64,000 bases of DNA from positions 32,001 to 96,000 of IMG/VR virus record IMGVR_UViG_3300033233_000004. One strand, given 5' to 3'. The stretch comes from a virus. A model generated the notes under the pieces. That model ran no database searches. It was not told the DNA's origin and saw only the letters and a program-made list of their open reading frames with translations. Made by a program: the position numbers and the translations under genes. Each line of letters opens with the position of its first letter. Within the stretch, counting starts at the first letter, position 1. Positions 28,429 through 38,528 of this stretch are shown one piece after another.

Positions 28429-28741
28429 GTATCGCTTCCTTCACAAAACTCATCCAAAAATCGTTCAAATTATCTATTTGTAAGTAATTTTCACCAAAAC
28501 CATTTTGTCGTAAGAAACTTCGAACTTTTTGTCCCCAAATCACAGAAAACTGATTTTCCCATAATGGAGTACCATAATCTGTTTGATATTCTATAACAAC
28601 ATCCTTAAGTGTTTTACCTACTTGCCATGGTACATCAGCTTCTGTTTCAGAAAATTTATGCTCCTGAAAGTATTCACGCAATTTTGCAACAGCTTGAACG
28701 ACAAGTTCTTGTTGTGGAATAGTATTAAGTGGTTGGTTCAT
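28421..28741 (-). CDS. hypothetical protein
   Basis: 106-aa ORF overlapping both neighbours. Confidence 0.5.
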   Translation of the reverse strand: MNQPLNTIPQQELVVQAVAKLREYFQEHKFSETEADVPWQVGKTLKDVVIEYQTDYGTPLWENQFSVIWGQKVRSFLRQNGFGENYLQIDNLNDFWMSFVKEAIRV

Positions 28742-29094
28742 AGTAGCGGCTCCTTTGGTTTACCTTCATTATCAGTCATTTCAACTTTTCCAAACGCTTC
28801 TCGTAACTTTCTTACTTCATCACCCATAGTCCAACAGATATCTTGTCTTAGCTCTCTAAACTTGTCAATAATATTACTTAATGCACGAGCAGAATCTGGA
28901 TTTTTAGTAGCAAATGTTTCTGCATAATTAGCCGCCCACATTGTAAGAATACGAGCCTCTAATATATTTAACGTAATAATAATGTCATTACCAACTCTAT
29001 ATGGTATGTGTGTTGTTCCACATTTTGGACATTCACTTATACCTTCAATTTCAGATTCTGTAAATATAGTTAAACAAACAGAACATTGAATCAT
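28738..29094 (-). CDS. hypothetical zinc-ribbon protein
   Basis: CSVC...CPKCG. Confidence 0.55.
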   Translation of the reverse strand: MIQCSVCLTIFTESEIEGISECPKCGTTHIPYRVGNDIIITLNILEARILTMWAANYAETFATKNPDSARALSNIIDKFRELRQDICWTMGDEVRKLREAFGKVEMTDNEGKPKEPLL

Positions 29095-29954
29095 GATTTT
29101 TCTTCAAAATTGATACGTAAACTATTTTCCATTTCTGAAACAAATTGTTCATACCCCGCATCCTTAAATGCAGCAATACGTGCAGCCATAGAATGGGGGT
29201 GAGTGCCTGTAAATTTCTTGATAGTTTTATTCACAACGTGGTCTCTGAATAAGTAAAGATAATCGCAGCGTTCTCCAATCTTAGCCTTCATCTCTTTCAT
29301 TTTAGGGTCTGGAAAGCCCAAATCTCTAAAGTTCTCCATAAAGGCTACTTCCTTTGCAAATCCTTTTTCGGGAGACTTAAGAGCTTTACCGTAGTGATAC
29401 ACCTGAATAGTTGTGTCAAGTACTTTTTCTTCTGGTATATAAGAATCTTGGTAGGCTTGTTGCACTGCATCCCCAATGGTACGCCAAGGAGTGTTTTGTT
29501 GCACAACACGTACTAATGTCTCATAACAAAAAGGGAATGTTACAGATGGAGATTGAAGAAAATGTGTAAAATGAACTCTTGCACCAGTTTTATGTTCAAG
29601 TAGCATACGTTCTGGCAACATCCGCAATTCATCAAGACTGTCATGATGAACTACCTCATCAGACTGCAATTCATATGCATGTGTTGTTGTGAGAAAGTCC
29701 TTTGCAAAGTTGAACACCGACGCAAGCTCTGTAAAATGAAGAATCCAAGGGCGACGAACAAGTTTTATCTTATCGGGATACCTATTTTGCAGGTCTTGAC
29801 ACATAGAAAAAGTGTTATCTTCACTAAAACACTCAACAAGAACAAACTGCTTGACAATATCTATAACAGACTCAACAGATTCTACAAAAGGAATATCAAA
29901 CTTTTCTGCGTTGTAAATCGCTGTGAATGCACCTAAAGTTGGATGGACATTCAT
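29091..29954 (-). CDS. GT2-like glycosyltransferase
   Basis: PFVESVESVIDIV, SEDNT, LQSDEVVH, VYHYG. Confidence 0.75.
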   Translation of the reverse strand: MNVHPTLGAFTAIYNAEKFDIPFVESVESVIDIVKQFVLVECFSEDNTFSMCQDLQNRYPDKIKLVRRPWILHFTELASVFNFAKDFLTTTHAYELQSDEVVHHDSLDELRMLPERMLLEHKTGARVHFTHFLQSPSVTFPFCYETLVRVVQQNTPWRTIGDAVQQAYQDSYIPEEKVLDTTIQVYHYGKALKSPEKGFAKEVAFMENFRDLGFPDPKMKEMKAKIGERCDYLYLFRDHVVNKTIKKFTGTHPHSMAARIAAFKDAGYEQFVSEMENSLRINFEEKS

Positions 29955-30070
29955 AAAATACCTTTCAGCTTGAAAACTTTAATGAGACTGCTACAACACT
30001 CTTGTAATATCATATCCACAACACGACTATTATCAACCTCATACCGAACAATGCATCTAATGTTCTCATA

Positions 30071-30580
30071 TCATTGTTTTTCTGTCAACGTAATGGCTTT
30101 TAAACCCTCATCCATAAACCTTTTTACATCTTCTCGCCATAAACCATATTTTCTAATTACACGAGAAAATTCTTCAACGTCGTGCGGTATTAAGTAGTAC
30201 TTGTTTTTTTCAGAATCGAACCCCACATGTTCAAGCTCGTGCCACACCAAGGCACCCCGTTGATTTTCATTTAATGTTTGCCAAATCGCATAATTGAACT
30301 GAATCATAAACTGGTAACCAGAAGCAAACTGATGCACACCAGATACCAACTGACACTTACCCCAAAACTTCTTTGCCTTGTCAATAAAGACATACAGAAT
30401 AGGCGTATTTGTCGGAAAATTGAAATTACCAGCATCAATCAACTTAGTGGCAATCTCCTTGGGTTCAATGGCATCAAAGTACTTCTCGGCAACAGTTTCA
30501 CCCTTTTGTTCAGTAGCTTCTTGCTTTTCGTTCTTTATACTCATGGTCGTACACCTTTCATTTTGTATTTTGTTTAGCAA
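30071..30580 (-). CDS. putative phage metallopeptidase
   Basis: ALVWHELEHV (HExxH) and PHDVEEF...RKYG; the real start may be MSIK at about 30544. Confidence 0.8.
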   Translation of the reverse strand: MLNKIQNERCTTMSIKNEKQEATEQKGETVAEKYFDAIEPKEIATKLIDAGNFNFPTNTPILYVFIDKAKKFWGKCQLVSGVHQFASGYQFMIQFNYAIWQTLNENQRGALVWHELEHVGFDSEKNKYYLIPHDVEEFSRVIRKYGLWREDVKRFMDEGLKAITLTEKQ

Positions 30581-30992
30581 TTTTTTGTTTTAGTTGTCGC
30601 TCAACATCTGCCCTAACGTTTCGCTGTTCATGCTCATAACCTGAAACTTTACGTTTAAGACTTTCATTTTTCTCTTGTATCTTTCGTCCAATAGGAATTC
30701 CATTCCATTCCCCATTAATCTTAATATTAAAGGTAGTATCATTATCAGGAACAGGAAAATATCTCTCTGGAAAAGACTTCAGTTTCCGTTGCGCAACTGA
30801 TATAGGCTCAAAATACACTCTATCCAGTTCTCTATCGTATATAGGAATCCAATACTCCTTCGTCCTTTCTAAAACAGATTTACAATCAGGACATTCAACA
30901 GGTAGAGTAGGTTCTATAACAAGTTCTCCTATACCAAGACCTTTAATCTCTTCACCTAACCACCCACACTTTGGACAAAACTGATTCATCAA
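30558..30992 (-). CDS. hypothetical zinc-ribbon protein
   Basis: CPKCG...CPDCK. Confidence 0.55.
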   Translation of the reverse strand: MMNQFCPKCGWLGEEIKGLGIGELVIEPTLPVECPDCKSVLERTKEYWIPIYDRELDRVYFEPISVAQRKLKSFPERYFPVPDNDTTFNIKINGEWNGIPIGRKIQEKNESLKRKVSGYEHEQRNVRADVERQLKQKIAKQNTK

Positions 30993-31592
30993 CTATATAA
31001 CCTTCACTTTAACAAATTCTGGATAAACACCCTGTTGCCAAATGCAATGCATGTACTCAATCGAATCTGTTTTTTTATTATCCGTAAAAGACATTCGTTG
31101 ACTATGAACATATGACAATACAGGCATTTGTTTTTTCCAAAAATCAAAACGCCCTTTGCTACCAAAAAAATTCAACCGTAATAACATAATAATATACCCG
31201 CCCTTGACAACATCCAACAATGCTTTTTCTATAACTTGCTGCGCAATATTAAAAGGTGGATTTGTAATAATAATACAAGGTCTTTGCATGTCTTGAAAGT
31301 CGTAGTTTAGGTAATCAGTTTTTATTTCAGCTAACGAATCCAACCTAATATCTATAGTACAAACATCCACAGTGGGAAAAACTTGTTTTAGTGCTTCTGG
31401 ATAACTCATAAGATGTGAGTTATCGCCACCAGCACATGGATCAAGAACATAATCTCCACCCTTACAAACAAACTTCTTATATAACTCTGTCTCTTCAATA
31501 TTATGTAGGAAATTCACAATATCAAGAATAGGTGTAACATAGTAATCAGATACATGAGACTTTCGTGCCTCAGAACGATTTGTTGAACTCAT
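30993..31592 (-). CDS. amino (N6-adenine-type) DNA methyltransferase
   Basis: DYYVTP, VLDPCAG (motif I), IITNPPF (motif IV), MLLRLNF. Confidence 0.85.
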   Translation of the reverse strand: MSSTNRSEARKSHVSDYYVTPILDIVNFLHNIEETELYKKFVCKGGDYVLDPCAGGDNSHLMSYPEALKQVFPTVDVCTIDIRLDSLAEIKTDYLNYDFQDMQRPCIIITNPPFNIAQQVIEKALLDVVKGGYIIMLLRLNFFGSKGRFDFWKKQMPVLSYVHSQRMSFTDNKKTDSIEYMHCIWQQGVYPEFVKVKVI

Positions 31593-32536
31593 GCTTTCTC
31601 CTCAAATAAACTCAACGCTGTTGCAAGTTGCTGTTTAGTAAGTACTCTATGATATCGTTCTGTGGTTAAATAACCTAAACGGATATACTCTCTCACTTCT
31701 TTGGAATCACAATGTATTACCATACTATGAGCAATTTCAAGCATCCTACCCAAAGTCTTATAATCACCGTCTTTTGAAGCAATAAGACAATTAGAACCAT
31801 GCTCCATATATGTATTACCACCACCACCTGTAAAACCTACAACAAGGCATCCACTTGCCATTGCTTCCAAAGCAGGAAGTCCAAAACCTTCGGGGTACGT
31901 ATGTGTAATGAAAATCTTTGTATCTCGAAGTTGATTTGCAAAATCCTGTTCATGACAATCCTGAATGAAATGCATTTGACAAATATCTTGAAGGAACGCA
32001 GTCGATGGAAAATCCAATTCGGCACGAAGTTTGTTGAACGCCTCATGTCCAGCTTTACGTTCCTGAATGGAAAACATATATTTACGTTTCGTATAATCCT
32101 CATCAACAGAGTAATTGAACACAGACTTATCTATGAAAGGAGTAACAATATACCAATCATTATCTGCTAAATGTGGCACCGCCAATCGGTTAAAATCATT
32201 ACTGAACCAAAGCGTAATACCATGGTATAAATTAGCCCTATTAACAAAAACCTCACCTTGAATGTAACTCACTTTATGATAAAAACCTGAACGTAATAAT
32301 GGCTCAACATCTTCCCATCCGACAATAACATCTTTTTTCTTATCAGCCATCCGATGCATATCTACGGTCGTGATATGTCGAACATTATAGGCAAACCATG
32401 TAGGAACCTTAAGGATATCGTCATAAACAATGAACGAGTCATATCCAAGTTCACGTTCTAACTGACAAAGTTGATAATGAACCTTGATACCACCAGATGG
32501 AATCAAATTTTTTGGAAGTATATGAAAGATTTTCAT
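31589..32536 (-). CDS. GT-B (GT4-like) glycosyltransferase
   Basis: SGGIKVHYQL; EGFGLPALEAMASGC (EX7E). Confidence 0.85.
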   Translation of the reverse strand: MKIFHILPKNLIPSGGIKVHYQLCQLERELGYDSFIVYDDILKVPTWFAYNVRHITTVDMHRMADKKKDVIVGWEDVEPLLRSGFYHKVSYIQGEVFVNRANLYHGITLWFSNDFNRLAVPHLADNDWYIVTPFIDKSVFNYSVDEDYTKRKYMFSIQERKAGHEAFNKLRAELDFPSTAFLQDICQMHFIQDCHEQDFANQLRDTKIFITHTYPEGFGLPALEAMASGCLVVGFTGGGGNTYMEHGSNCLIASKDGDYKTLGRMLEIAHSMVIHCDSKEVREYIRLGYLTTERYHRVLTKQQLATALSLFEEKA

Positions 32537-32558
32537 ACTGGAACTCCAAACAATTTAA

Positions 32559-32687
32559 TTAAACGAGAAGAATGTTGTTACAAGAACATAAACATAGCCA
32601 TACAACAGTACCTCTTCTCCGACCAACATCTTTAAGCACCACAAGATTACCAAATTTATGTCCTGTTAAGTCTTTATACCTACCCAC
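32559..32687 (-). pseudogene. N-terminal remnant of an HNH/AP2-type homing endonuclease
   Basis: Hand translation VGRYKDLTGHKFGNLVVLKDVGRRRGTVVWLCLCSCNNILLV*. Confidence 0.65.
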
Positions 32688-34623
32688 TAAACATCACCTC
32701 ACTTAACTGTTTTCCAACTGGAATAATATCATAATTCAATGCTTTTAGTCGTGCCTTCTCACCTTTAACTTTGACTTCTTCTGGATGTTCAAAAGCATGT
32801 CTCATCAAAACACGTAAGTGTTCAATATCAGGACAACTCCACTTCGCACCAATATAATTTCTAAAATACGGAAGCACTTGAAGTGGCATGTCTTCCAAGC
32901 GATAACTTAATGGATAACCCACCTCATCACTTATGAAATCCGTCATACCAGAATAATTCGTTGCAATTACTGGTATCCCACAAGCTCCCGCCTCAATTAA
33001 AAAATTACCAAACCCCTCTGCTCGTGAAGGAAAAATTCCACACTGGTGTGCCGTTATCATCTGAGGTACCATAGTCGGATGGAATGAGTTGGAAGTCAAA
33101 TAAATAGGAGCATGCGGCAACTCTCTACCACCAAGAACATTATTCCTCAACCACGTCTGAGCATCCAATCTTTGCTGTTGTAAAATATAGAACAAACTCA
33201 ACATATGAACAGAGAAAAATACGTCTTCATCAGGTTTAAATTCAGTAATAAATGCACGAAGAGCCAACTCCACACTCTTACGTTCTCCATAAGCACCCAT
33301 CATCAAGAATCCAAACTTACGACGCTTTTCAATAATCAATGGAATACGAGTTGGGTTGTAAATCTTGGTATCAATTGGATTTGGAATGATATCAATAGGA
33401 GTAGTAACACCACGCTCTATCAACAAATTCTGACAAAAAGTACTATTTGTTACCACATTGTCTACATGATTCAATTGGTCTACCCAACCATTGTGAGGTC
33501 GAGTGCCCTCAAACGTAGTATGCGCTATCCTTTTTAACCCCGGTGGCATTAAATATTGATGGTCTCCTTCTGAAGAACGCATAACGACTCTATTCCAATA
33601 ATCATTGGGTTTCTTAATCATTTCTTGTATTTCAAAATCATCCATATTCATCGGTTGATGATATTCTTCAGGAGCAATAGATACATCAACACCATTTCGT
33701 TTCAAACCCTTGGCAAGATTACGAAGAACTATGGAAAATGACCAATCACCATAGATTTTCCCTGTGATAAGAGCCTTCTTGTCACTGGTAGGCACATACT
33801 CTGACGCTGGACGATCATGCTTGAGATAGTACTTCTGCTGTTGAGCACGAGACAATTGACTTACCTTGTCTACACCACCAAAAACTTCATTGGAAGTCTT
33901 ATTTTCGTAATGAATTGTCTTAGCAGTAGGAATATAGAAAGTACGATAACCATATTTACGAGCAATAGTACAAAAATCTACTTCTTCAAAATAAGCAGGA
34001 TTGAACAACTCATCAAAACCCTGCATTACTTGTAAACATTCCTTAGTAATATAAAATAATGCGCCTGTAACATATTCCTGTTCTTCAGGATTGACTTCAA
34101 CAAAATCCTTATCCATAACGCCAGCTAATTTATGCTGCCCCCATCCATACACGTTGATAAAAGCTCCTCCATGTTGGATTCTTCCATCTGGAAAGAGTAA
34201 ACGCCCGCCAAGAATACCTATTTTATTAGCCCTATTCTTATCAGCAAAATTTACAAGTTCCTCAATACAATTGGAATACAACTCCATATCATTATTAGTA
34301 ACAAGAACGTCTGCATCAGGGTAATACTTTCTTACAATAGAAATACCATCATTACATCCACCAGCGTACCCACGATTCTCTTTGTTTAATACAAGACCTA
34401 ATGATATATTATGTGATATAATACTCATATATCCAGTATCATCTATAGCACACTTATCTCTCAAATATGTATCAGATATCCACTCTCGTGTTCCATCCGT
34501 AGAACCATTATCTACAATAACAACTGAGAAATCTTTGAAAGTTTGTCGTTCAAGACTTTTCAAAAAGAGTTTGGTGTAAAAGAGGTTGTTTATTACAGGC
34601 GTTACAACGATAACTTTAGGCAT
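32680..34623 (-). CDS. bifunctional GT2 + GT4 glycosyltransferase
   Basis: N-terminal VDNGSTDGT, NRGYAGGCN, NNDM, YFEEVDFC; C-terminal PSRAEGFGNFLIEAGACG. Confidence 0.9.
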   Translation of the reverse strand: MPKVIVVTPVINNLFYTKLFLKSLERQTFKDFSVVIVDNGSTDGTREWISDTYLRDKCAIDDTGYMSIISHNISLGLVLNKENRGYAGGCNDGISIVRKYYPDADVLVTNNDMELYSNCIEELVNFADKNRANKIGILGGRLLFPDGRIQHGGAFINVYGWGQHKLAGVMDKDFVEVNPEEQEYVTGALFYITKECLQVMQGFDELFNPAYFEEVDFCTIARKYGYRTFYIPTAKTIHYENKTSNEVFGGVDKVSQLSRAQQQKYYLKHDRPASEYVPTSDKKALITGKIYGDWSFSIVLRNLAKGLKRNGVDVSIAPEEYHQPMNMDDFEIQEMIKKPNDYWNRVVMRSSEGDHQYLMPPGLKRIAHTTFEGTRPHNGWVDQLNHVDNVVTNSTFCQNLLIERGVTTPIDIIPNPIDTKIYNPTRIPLIIEKRRKFGFLMMGAYGERKSVELALRAFITEFKPDEDVFFSVHMLSLFYILQQQRLDAQTWLRNNVLGGRELPHAPIYLTSNSFHPTMVPQMITAHQCGIFPSRAEGFGNFLIEAGACGIPVIATNYSGMTDFISDEVGYPLSYRLEDMPLQVLPYFRNYIGAKWSCPDIEHLRVLMRHAFEHPEEVKVKGEKARLKALNYDIIPVGKQLSEVMFSG

Positions 34624-34672
34624 GTGTATCCTCTTTCAGATAATACGACGAGCAGATAATGAAGTACTCGTA

Positions 34673-37114
34673 TCAAACGACAATTCTCCCGACCTGCGCA
34701 ATGTTAGTATTAGTCACAGTAAGAATGTTCTGCATTGCTTCATTCAAAATAACCGAAGCTCGTTCCAACGACCAGTTCTGACGAATGTCTTTACCGAGGG
34801 CTTCTGCTCGTTGTTTGGCAATTTTGTAACCATCGTGACATCTCTTAAGACGATTCTTTGCCTTTTCAAAGTCAGGATATGCCCATGTTTGACCTTGACC
34901 AAGAAGTTCTGGCATCCACATCGCTGGTGGAACCTGTCCCATTTGAAACTCAACAATATTTACCAAATCCTTATTGATAAAATCCATATGTCCAGAATAA
35001 CCAGTAACAATAATTGGAAGATCACATGCAGCAGCTTCTGCCAAAGGACGACAATTATGAACAACATAATCCTCTGTGCAATAAGTCTCGTCCTCATCCA
35101 CAGATATATTGTATACAACCTCATCAGCAATCTTAGTCTGAATCTCTTTAATAGTAAACTCCGAATAATCAGATATCAATATACTATCCTTCCTAAAATT
35201 CATCGCCGCGTTGTAGTCCATGGGTACATCAACTCCATCAACAATATTTTTAACTTTATCCACATCTTCCCCATATATACACACACGATATCCAACATTA
35301 TCAGTTGAAAACCCTTGCTTTGATGTACGAGAATACATGTTACTTCTCACACCAAATGTCCTCAACAAAAGTCGAACGTGCTGCGCAAGTCCTTTTGAAA
35401 TTGACGAATATTCAAAAGACTTCTGATTAGTGCTAAAACCACCATCCCCCCTTAATAAGCCACACAGCAAACCAAGACGAAATTCCTTTGATCCGAATAA
35501 CAAGTCTGGATGAATATCCTTATTTTTAGCACCTGTACCAAACAACGATAACAAAAAATCGGCAAGCACTGGCGACGATACAAATACTTTATTTACAAAC
35601 TTATCAATAGGTTTATGAATAGATATAGATTCTGTATTAACTAAAAACTCGGATTTTAATATAAACAACACATCATCAACATACTTATCTTCATCTTGAG
35701 AAAACGTAAACCCTACAGTACCGCCATCTGTAGAGTGCCCTTCTGCAAGATAATAACCAAATAATCTACCGACGTTAGCATTCGTATTGACAAGATTTGA
35801 TATTACATTGTCCGAAGACGATTGAAAAATATTTTTTGATTTTGTCTCAAACATTTTACCTATCTTACCATTATCTACAAAGTAACAATTATGATTTGTA
35901 TTAACATAATTGGAAACCCTAAGTAAAATATTGTTAAACCCACGGGAATTAACCCAGAACTTAGGCATAAGTAATTTATCATCCTGTAATACATCTTTGG
36001 CTTCTTTCCATTGTATGGTAGAGTGGCGGTGAATCAATACTGGATGTTCAGGAGTAATCCACGATTCATTTGCTCTATTTGTAGAATTTGTAATAAATCT
36101 ATACATATTACCGTAATAGTGTCGAGTCATTAACTTCTTAACCATTCGTAACCGTCCATTACGAGTTACAACACTATCCATTTCTGTAATTGATTTTATA
36201 GGCTTCAAACCACTATCTGTTATTATATTAGTTTCACCATTAAAACAATACCCTTCTCCATGAGTCAATAATACAGAAGCCTTAATTTGAGGATGATGAT
36301 ACAATTCTGCCAACTCCTTCTCGGTTAAAGTACCATGGACAAAGTGTACTCGACCAGCAGCCTTTGTGCCCAAAACTTCACTCATTCTTTCAATAAGAGC
36401 ATATTTGTCAGGTGAAGAGTTATTATGAAGATAAGTTTTCACAACTATACCGACCTCTGGATTGTCGGGAAAAGCATCCAAAACGGCAAGAATAGTAAGA
36501 GGTATATTCTTACGGTCTTCGCCAACATTACCCGGAAGCCATTGTCCAACAGTCAAAAAATTGAATGTAGTTGGAAAAGAAAAGGTAGGTGTAGGTATAA
36601 CAACTTCCGTTTCAGGTTCTTCTGCCAATTTATTAATCTTGAAAGGATTAATATCATTGAATACCTTCGTATCAACACCCTCCGGCACTACATACACGGG
36701 AACAGTAACACCACAACCTATCAAACGGTCTTTAACAAAGGTCGATGGTACAATAATAGCATTCATTTGATTGCAATATGCAGCCCACTTCGCTGGATAC
36801 TGCTCAACTTCAAGACCGGCAGTAATTCCGATGTTGCAGGTGTTAGATGCTCTCTTAAACTCGTGTGGTACACCCATTTGTACCCATGCAAACTCAGAAC
36901 CATCTGAGATGCGATTATTGCACATGAATACCAATGCATCATCTACATCTTTGGCTGGCTGTATGGTACTCGACCCACCCCATCCGGTTGGAATAATTGA
37001 GATATTGAAGTTGCCACTATTAAAAAGTCCCATAACAATGTCACGAGCATGACATCCGTATCCACTAAGAGAAAACACAGGCATCTGGCATATCAAATTC
37101 TTTCTTTCCATCAT
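34673..37114 (-). CDS. GT4 glycosyltransferase interrupted by an intein
   Basis: SGYG, VPSTF, GVDT, RKNI; removing the intein restores HGEGYCRPLAEAAAC (EX7E). Confidence 0.9.
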   Translation of the reverse strand: MMERKNLICQMPVFSLSGYGCHARDIVMGLFNSGNFNISIIPTGWGGSSTIQPAKDVDDALVFMCNNRISDGSEFAWVQMGVPHEFKRASNTCNIGITAGLEVEQYPAKWAAYCNQMNAIIVPSTFVKDRLIGCGVTVPVYVVPEGVDTKVFNDINPFKINKLAEEPETEVVIPTPTFSFPTTFNFLTVGQWLPGNVGEDRKNIPLTILAVLDAFPDNPEVGIVVKTYLHNNSSPDKYALIERMSEVLGTKAAGRVHFVHGTLTEKELAELYHHPQIKASVLLTHGEGYCFNGETNIITDSGLKPIKSITEMDSVVTRNGRLRMVKKLMTRHYYGNMYRFITNSTNRANESWITPEHPVLIHRHSTIQWKEAKDVLQDDKLLMPKFWVNSRGFNNILLRVSNYVNTNHNCYFVDNGKIGKMFETKSKNIFQSSSDNVISNLVNTNANVGRLFGYYLAEGHSTDGGTVGFTFSQDEDKYVDDVLFILKSEFLVNTESISIHKPIDKFVNKVFVSSPVLADFLLSLFGTGAKNKDIHPDLLFGSKEFRLGLLCGLLRGDGGFSTNQKSFEYSSISKGLAQHVRLLLRTFGVRSNMYSRTSKQGFSTDNVGYRVCIYGEDVDKVKNIVDGVDVPMDYNAAMNFRKDSILISDYSEFTIKEIQTKIADEVVYNISVDEDETYCTEDYVVHNCRPLAEAAACDLPIIVTGYSGHMDFINKDLVNIVEFQMGQVPPAMWMPELLGQGQTWAYPDFEKAKNRLKRCHDGYKIAKQRAEALGKDIRQNWSLERASVILNEAMQNILTVTNTNIAQVGRIVV
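35054..36247 (-). mobile_element. intein (398 aa) with LAGLIDADG homing endonuclease
   Basis: Begins CFNGET, block B ITPEHPV, LAGLIDADG-like LFGYYLAEGH and LLCGLLRGDGG, ends VYNISV...VVHN followed by Cys(+1). Confidence 0.92.
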
Positions 37115-37128
37115 AATTAAATACTCCT

Positions 37129-38364
37129 TTACATTGTAGTAACAGTATAACGTTTGAACTTTGAAGGCATGACAACAGTTTCTTTTAGAATCTTATCCCA
37201 TGCTGCAACCGTTCTATTTATATGATAATTTTGTATAATATGTTCACGACCCGCCAGACCAAGCTCCTTAAGCTTTCCAGTTTGTTTCATCTGATATGCT
37301 TGTTCAAGAGCTTCCTCAACTGCTTCAATAGAAGTAAAATCTTGAAATATATAGGGGTTTCCAACTAATCCAAAAATGGTTCTTACTGTTGGTTTCAACA
37401 AAAGTCCAAACTCTTGTTTACCATCAGTCATTTGCTCAGTAAGTCCACCTGTTGCTACTGCAATATTGGGTGTACCTGCAAGAAGTGATTCCATACAAGA
37501 CAAACCAAAACCTTCGTTTATCGCAATATTCATAGTCACATCAGAAACATTGTAGAACTTGTTCAAGTCCGAAGAAGTAACCTTGTTTTGGTTAATAATA
37601 ATAGGTGCTGCATTGGGTTCAACTTGTTTGAGAAGCATGCCCAAATCATTTCCATCACGGTCAACAGCAACGGTGTTCATAATGAGAGCGGACTTCGGAT
37701 GTTTCGTCCAAAATCGACGGAAAGCAAGAATGACATCAGAAGTACGTTTCCGAGGAATATTACGATTATTATAAAGCACTACAAAGTCTGGTTTCTCTGG
37801 AAGGTTCTTAAACATAATATCTTTTGCAGCTTCTACTTCTTGTGGTTCCAATGGATAAAACTCAGAAGGGTCTCCACCATGTGGAGCAAAATCTACATCA
37901 ACACCACCGTTTTTCATCAACTCATAAGAAAAACGAGAGAGCATAACAATACGGTCACACGCAGCATACCACGTCTTGTTGAATGCAGGAAATGGTTCAT
38001 TATCCCACGTATGATAAAATACGAATTTGGTAAATGGACGAATCTCATTATCCAAAGTAAAAGCGTATACAAAAAATCGAGGGTCGGAAAAGAATACTGT
38101 AACATCAGGACGCTCTCTTTGAATAACCGCCTTCAACAAATTTGGGTCTCCATATCCATTACTACAGGGATACAGACGAATACCTTCAAATGTAGTTGGA
38201 TTTGGATTTTGTGGTATCAAAGAACCAGCAATGGAAACAATTTCGTATTCGCCGGTCTTGAGTAAACCTTTCATAAGCATATACGCCTGTATTGCAACAC
38301 CAGATTTTAGTCTTATATCATCCGTAACAAAAAGAATTTTGTATCTACGCATACGTAGCCCCAC
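37129..38364 (-). CDS. GT4 glycosyltransferase
   Basis: SGVAIQ, NRNIPRKR, NEGFGLSCMESLLAG (EX7E). Confidence 0.88.
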   Translation of the reverse strand: MGLRMRRYKILFVTDDIRLKSGVAIQAYMLMKGLLKTGEYEIVSIAGSLIPQNPNPTTFEGIRLYPCSNGYGDPNLLKAVIQRERPDVTVFFSDPRFFVYAFTLDNEIRPFTKFVFYHTWDNEPFPAFNKTWYAACDRIVMLSRFSYELMKNGGVDVDFAPHGGDPSEFYPLEPQEVEAAKDIMFKNLPEKPDFVVLYNNRNIPRKRTSDVILAFRRFWTKHPKSALIMNTVAVDRDGNDLGMLLKQVEPNAAPIIINQNKVTSSDLNKFYNVSDVTMNIAINEGFGLSCMESLLAGTPNIAVATGGLTEQMTDGKQEFGLLLKPTVRTIFGLVGNPYIFQDFTSIEAVEEALEQAYQMKQTGKLKELGLAGREHIIQNYHINRTVAAWDKILKETVVMPSKFKRYTVTTM

Positions 38365-38528
38365 TATTTGTAATAATAATTAGAAATAACAGAAGAAATA
38401 TCTTTAATACGTCGTCCAAAATGATTATTTAATGTATCAACTACTGCTCGCATTATTCCTTACCTCTATATCAAATTGTTGAAAGCCTTTTTCTATTGCT
38501 TGTTCCATATGCAGAAAGTTTATATTCA

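Noticed and set aside
16066-38364. Bacterial O-antigen locus or chimeric assembly
   Set aside because: Typical phage genes (metallopeptidase, DNA methyltransferase, HNH remnants) are interleaved, junctions overlap phage genes, and export/polymerase genes are missing.
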